A stretch of DNA of 64,000 nucleotides, taken from Psilocybe cubensis (Eukaryota). Numbering within the stretch: position 1 is the first letter of the stretch; the number at the start of each line of letters is the position of its first letter. The notes beneath the pieces were generated by a model. The model was not told the DNA's origin and made no database searches. It saw nothing but the letters and a program-made list of their open reading frames with translations. A program made the position numbers and the translations under genes. The stretch lies in the NCBI GenBank assembly GCA_017499595.2, contig CM038998.1:4278001-4342000 (forward strand), written 5' to 3'. Shown in pieces: positions 56,719 through 64,000 of this stretch.

Positions 56719-58355
56719 ATGTCGCCTATCGATCTTGCCAACGAACTTCAAACTCTCGTCGCTTCTACGTACTCTGGGGACGTCACCGATCCTTTCAAGT
56801 TGTACAAGGCAAGGCACAGCATTTCAGACCTCTGTCTATCGCTTTTGCGCGCCGTTCAAGGCCCCGAAGAATACACAGCAATCTTAGCAGGTAAACAATA
56901 GAATCTACTCTGGAAGTGCGGCTCCAATGCTGATATGCATCCCTGTCGATGTCTAGAATCCTGCCAAGAGTCATCTGCGTTAAACGTCGTCGCGTCTTTA
57001 GGCGTCGCAGATCACATTGCCGAGTCTCCGAATGGAGAACTGACCCTGCAGGAACTGAGCGAGAAAGTCAAGGCAGACGAGAAATACCTCAGTACTATCT
57101 AATTTTGCTTCAATTGCGCTTGTAGCACTTATTTTTATCACCTCAGGTGTCGTTCTTAGCTCTCTCGTTTATCACGGATACTTCAAAGAGGTCGGCGGCT
57201 TCGGTTCCCAAGTATACGCCAACAATGACTTCAGTAGCTTGCTCCTGTCGGAAGAAACAAATGCCAAAGGTGGCAAGAGCATGAAGGACGCCGTCGGCCT
57301 ATCGTGAGTATTCGCATTTAACAACACATTTTACAGATCTAATAAGAGTTCAGGGCCGATGATGGAGCCAAAGCGACCACCCGTTTGTTAGACGCTGCAA
57401 CGGGTAAAGCTAAAGGCGAAGCAAAGACTGCGGCAAATATTGCTTTCGACTTCAGCGAAAGCCTCTTCCAATGGATGGCCTCTCCCGGTAACGAATGGCG
57501 AGGAAAGAGGACTGCCAAAGCTATGGTTCAACTTCACGGCATGGCCAACGGAGGAATTGGCGAAGGTAGAGCAAAATATATTACCGATGATTAGCCTCTA
57601 ATCAACATCCAGATTACCCATGGGAGAAACTCGCAACACCGATCATCGATATCGGAGGCGGTATTGGTTCATTCCAGGGAATGCTCCTCGCACTTCCCAA
57701 AAACAAGGAACTTACCTTCACGATCTTTGATATCGAAAAAACTGTAGAACATGCCAAAAAGGTGCGTGTAAAGCGACTTTCACCTGGACCTTTCTGATTT
57801 CAGCTTTGTGAAAGGTATGGGCGGGTAAACCACAATGGATGCAAGACAAAGTGTCCTTTATTGCCGGAGATTTCATGAAGTCGTCACCCAATGACAGTAA
57901 AATTCCTACTCCGGCACAAGGAGCAGGGACCTATGTTATTCGCCACGTTCTTCACGACTGGGACGATGCACAGGTACATGACTACAATAGTGTGCCGAAG
58001 AAACCCATCTAAACTAACATCTCAGGTGGTCACCATTCTTAAACACGTACGCAACGCGATGCTAGGGTCTCCCGCATCTACACCACCAAAGCTTCTGCTT
58101 GTAGAGATGATGCTCAATGAGACTTCATCCCGATTTACTCGAACTACTTCCTTGCAATTGCTATCTCTGAACGGGGGTATAACACGTACTGAAGGCAAGA
58201 TAAAACAGTTGTCTGCATCTTTACGCAGGGTGGCTGACATTTCATTATCAGTTCAATTCCGAAGGCTCATCAAGGAAGCTGGTTTTACCGTCGACAGTGT
58301 TACAGAAGTCAGGGGTGTGGACTTAGTGGTAGAGTTGAGTCCAGCATCGTTGTAA
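56719..58355 (+). CDS. SAM-dependent O-methyltransferase (Methyltransf_2/COMT-like), multi-exon
   Basis: MSPIDLANEL..., wHTH-like LGVADHIAESPNGELTLQELSEKV, IIDIGGGIG, FIAGDFM, RHVLHDWDDAQ|VVTILKHVRNAM, LLLVEM, RTE|VQFRRLIKEAGF. Confidence 0.9.
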
Positions 58356-58741
58356 ATGAAGAGATAATGTACTGTTGCCTATATGTTTGAAACAATTCTT
58401 TTATTCCATACAGCAGAATAGAAATGAGTTACATATGTAAATTTAAAACAATATATGATTTGACCATTGTTGACTTCAAGTTGAATTTCAATGAACAAAA
58501 AATTGACGAAAAATTGAAGGACCTCATGTCGCCGGTGGATGCCGTGATCGTTTGATGATGACCTAATGAACCGGCCCTAAGGCAACGCGTATTTGCAATT
58601 TGTTCTGTTTACGTTTTCAAGTTCATTCACCATCTTTCCCAAAAATTACAAAAATTGCGATAAGAAAGGCTACTATTTTACACTTGAAAACATGTGGACG
58701 CAGTAAACCTACAGTTGACCTGCTACAGTACATATGTACTC

Positions 58742-60849
<2,108 letters not shown>

Positions 60850-61864
60850 TTCACTAGTGAAAGAGGGTAAGAAATGGGTACTTAGAACTTTCAAAAGATT
60901 TTGGAAACCATCTATAAGGATTCATGCCTACCTTTGGATCCGAGATGAGTTGGAATGTATGGTTCAATCTTTGATTTGAGGTCAATATCAAAAGGAGCAG
61001 TATACAGCTATGACTGAGGAATTCTAACCACGATAAAATTAGAGGGCTATATAGCCATCGGTCTCCTTGTCGCTGTAGCCACTACGCATATCATTGTTAC
61101 CCAATTATGATGTACCAAGCAAAACTTTCTGAGAAGTCGAGATTGAACGTGTGAGCGCTTCAGTATGGGTTGCAGTAACGCCCACTAGATTTTGTGAACT
61201 CGGGTACCTGCTATAGATATCTCCACATCCAGATAAACGTTGCAATGAAGATATCAGCGACTATCGTAACGCCATTGTGATCGCAGCTGATACTTGGACA
61301 CATGTTTTTCCAATGAATCAGGAACTTTGCCCTGACGCTGGACCCAGGCGGTAAAAAATAGAAAAGGCCTATTCGACATGCGATAGATGGTTGTATGACC
61401 ACACGCGATTTAATATCGAGAACCTTAATAGGCAATACTTTCAGAAATCAATTCTTGAGACATGTCATTTATAGACACATCATGTTCTCATAGGCGCACG
61501 GTGTCAACCTGCTGTCGAGGAAGAAGTACATACAGTGGGAACGTTTAGCTATCAGGCGCGTTTCACTACCGTTCGGATCGTGCGGGCACCGTATTTGAGC
61601 CCACACCTCAACTCACTAAATTCAGTACATAGTGCAAATCTTCCCTGATATAGATTAGGACCTTCTTCCGCCTTGGTGATGATCTGATTGCACCAGAAGA
61701 AGGGACTACTATCTTCAAGAATAAATTCATTAGTCAGTGATTGCATACTCTCTTCTCGGATAGAAATTTAGAATCGCGACGGGCTCTGTAGCTATTGTGG
61801 GATTGCAGGTGGTAGGGCGTCTGTTATAAGCCTCGAGCGCCCCGTTTGTCTCCCCAGGATCAGC

Positions 61865-63163
61865 ATGTCGTCCACCAATGCAACCGTGCCCCAGCCAAAC
61901 TTTGCGCAAATCCCGCTTCCTCCAGGGTTTACGCTTGAACAGTTCCAAGCCCTCCAAGGGACAATTGGTGAGTATGCCTTGTCATGCCGGCTATGAATTA
62001 ACTCGCTCATAACTCCTTTAGTTAATGTAGCAATTGCTATGGCTGTCGCAGTTGCGATAGTGGTATGGGACTTGTAAGAACGTTTCGTCTGACATATAGG
62101 ACAGCGATGAGCTTACATTTCGTACTCAAGCCTGTCTATGATTCCTACGGAACGTGAACTTTTCCGTGAGAAAGACAGTAAGCTATGGAGAGCTCCTCCA
62201 ACATGGGCGTAAGTGTTCTCAGCACATGTTATTACTTTGAGTTTAAACTAATTAATATGGGTAGATTCATGGTTCTTCGCTATTCTGGGGTTTTCGCTCT
62301 TGTTCCGGGACTTTTTTTCACATCCCTGCAAAATCAGCACTGTCAAGTGGCTGCTTCCTTAGGCGAAGTTGGAGTCGTTCTCGTCACCGGATCAGCTGGG
62401 CTTATTTTTGCTTATCGTGTGTTCGCCATCTGGCGCTACAACAAGACTGTGATGGTTCTCGTATCGGTCTTGTATGTTTTCAATGTTGCCTGTTGGGTAC
62501 GTCTCGTTATCAATTGAAAATTTCCAATGACTGACTGGAGGTACAGATCGCAGTTGGTTCACAGCTCCGAGCGTCCCAGGGTCCTCCGACACCTTTTGGC
62601 TCTAACTGCAAGTTACACCCAGTCCCTGATTGGGATCCCCTGCCATTTGCTTCATCCGTGTTATTCGATACCACCGTGCTGCTCCTTACAATAATCAAGA
62701 CCAGAGAAGACAAAATCAAGAGCTCTGCCATTGGAAATCAAATATTGCGGGACAATATCATTTACTTCGTCATTCTTTCCGTCACCAACATCGTAGTTTT
62801 GGTCATAAACTGTCTTGGCCCTAAATTTGACAACATCAAGCCTGTCACTCTTCCCTATCCTACCCTGATGACTACTGCTATGGGTACCCGGTATGTTTTA
62901 GGGGTACCATCAATTATCCCCGTTTATAAGCTAATATCTGGCGTAATAGCGTTTACTTGAATTTGAGGCTGTATAACAAGAGACGCCACGAGACGTCGAC
63001 TCTTCCTCAGGTCACTTCGGGCGACACCATGCGGTTCAAGACAAACGACGTACCAATACCTCTCAACTCCATGAGGAGTGCTACCATGGTAGTTCAGTCT
63101 ACCCATGTGCAAAAGGACTGGGACGATACCAAACTACACACTGTCACCACTGAGAGCCTGTGA
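61865..63163 (+). CDS. Multi-pass membrane protein of the Agaricomycete DUF6533/GPCR-like type
   Basis: AVAIVVWD, FMVLRY, LIFAYRVFAIWRYNK, LFDTTVLLLTIIK, ILRDNIIYFVIL, TR|VYLNLR, all typical of this fungal multi-TM family. Confidence 0.7.
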
Positions 63164-64000
63164 ACTGGTGTATACCAGTAGCGTTTGTATTTAGTCATTA
63201 TTTATTTTTACTTTGTAGCGGAAGGACTGTAATATCATATCTTTGTTGCGCTTTATTATCGCACAATGTCAGATATAACTTGTATCTGGAAGTTCCTGGG
63301 AGATGAAGCCATTATGGAGCTACGAGGCGATAATGCCAGTGAGTTGTTGCTAACCAGTCTTGCCCCCCAGGGAAAATGATATCATTTTTTGCAAACAGGC
63401 GCATCAAAACTGAACATCCAAACGACGAAGAGTATGTAGCCTAAAGGTAACCGTAAACCTCTCAGAATCGGTTAAAAGATTCCCGTGTCCCGAAGGCCAT
63501 GCGCTCCGTCATTCCGCAGCTCACCGTCTGGACAGCCGCCGTTCGTTACAGATGCATTAAATCCCGATATCAAGCTCACAGAAAAAAGTTACATGCTCTC
63601 TGGGAGCTACTATGTTTTCACGGCTGAGGCGTCAGCATTATCCAGAAACTTGAAGTCAGAATCTGATGAACAACCGATTCGGGAGTTGCCGCTTGACTTG
63701 GTGGAATGAATCTTCGTCCAATAAAATTACCAAAGATCTATAGAATTTGTCCAGGTCCTGGCGTCCATATGATGAGCGATTAGTTTATAAATTTGAATGG
63801 AGTAGACTTTACCTTTTTCCACAACGCTCGGTGTTCCGCAAGAAGCAACTTGAAAGGATGCTTGCCGTTTACGGCTGGAACTGTCCGAATCGGGGTTCGA
63901 AAATTGATTCGATTGTATCACGTGCCCTGTGGTAGGCTGCTAGCACGGCGGGCAAAAGTGCTGACTAGTCAGCCCGGGTGTTGGTCTGACCAGTTACGTG

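Noticed and set aside
63300-64000. Short ORFs at the window end
   Set aside because: May be the 3' end of a minus-strand gene beyond the window, but frame and product cannot be supported.

Overview
Eukaryotic, intron-rich fungal DNA (short ~50-60 nt GT-AG introns; gene families typical of Agaricomycetes/Agaricales; genus Psilocybe is plausible but only inferred). 1-9.8 kb: tightly packed housekeeping genes (UBR1-type E3 5' end, TRAPP subunit Trs33, mitochondrial-type GluRS, a long coiled-coil protein, UTP18). 9.8-42.3 kb: an unusually gene-poor block whose only clear gene is a ~2,200-aa Pho80/Pcl/Clg1-type cyclin swollen by simple repeats inside a ~14 kb microsatellite island, plus a ~1.1 kb TIR-bounded non-autonomous DNA element. 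42.3-48.1 kb: a small membrane protein divergent from meiotic SPO22/ZIP4. 50.6-60.8 kb: a three-gene secondary-metabolite cluster: a quinone-synthetase-type NRPS-like enzyme (A-T-TE) fused in frame to a C-terminal Fe(II)/2-oxoglutarate dioxygenase domain, a divergent O-methyltransferase and an FAD monooxygenase, followed by a multi-TM membrane protein. Exon boundaries were inferred by eye; no database searches were run.
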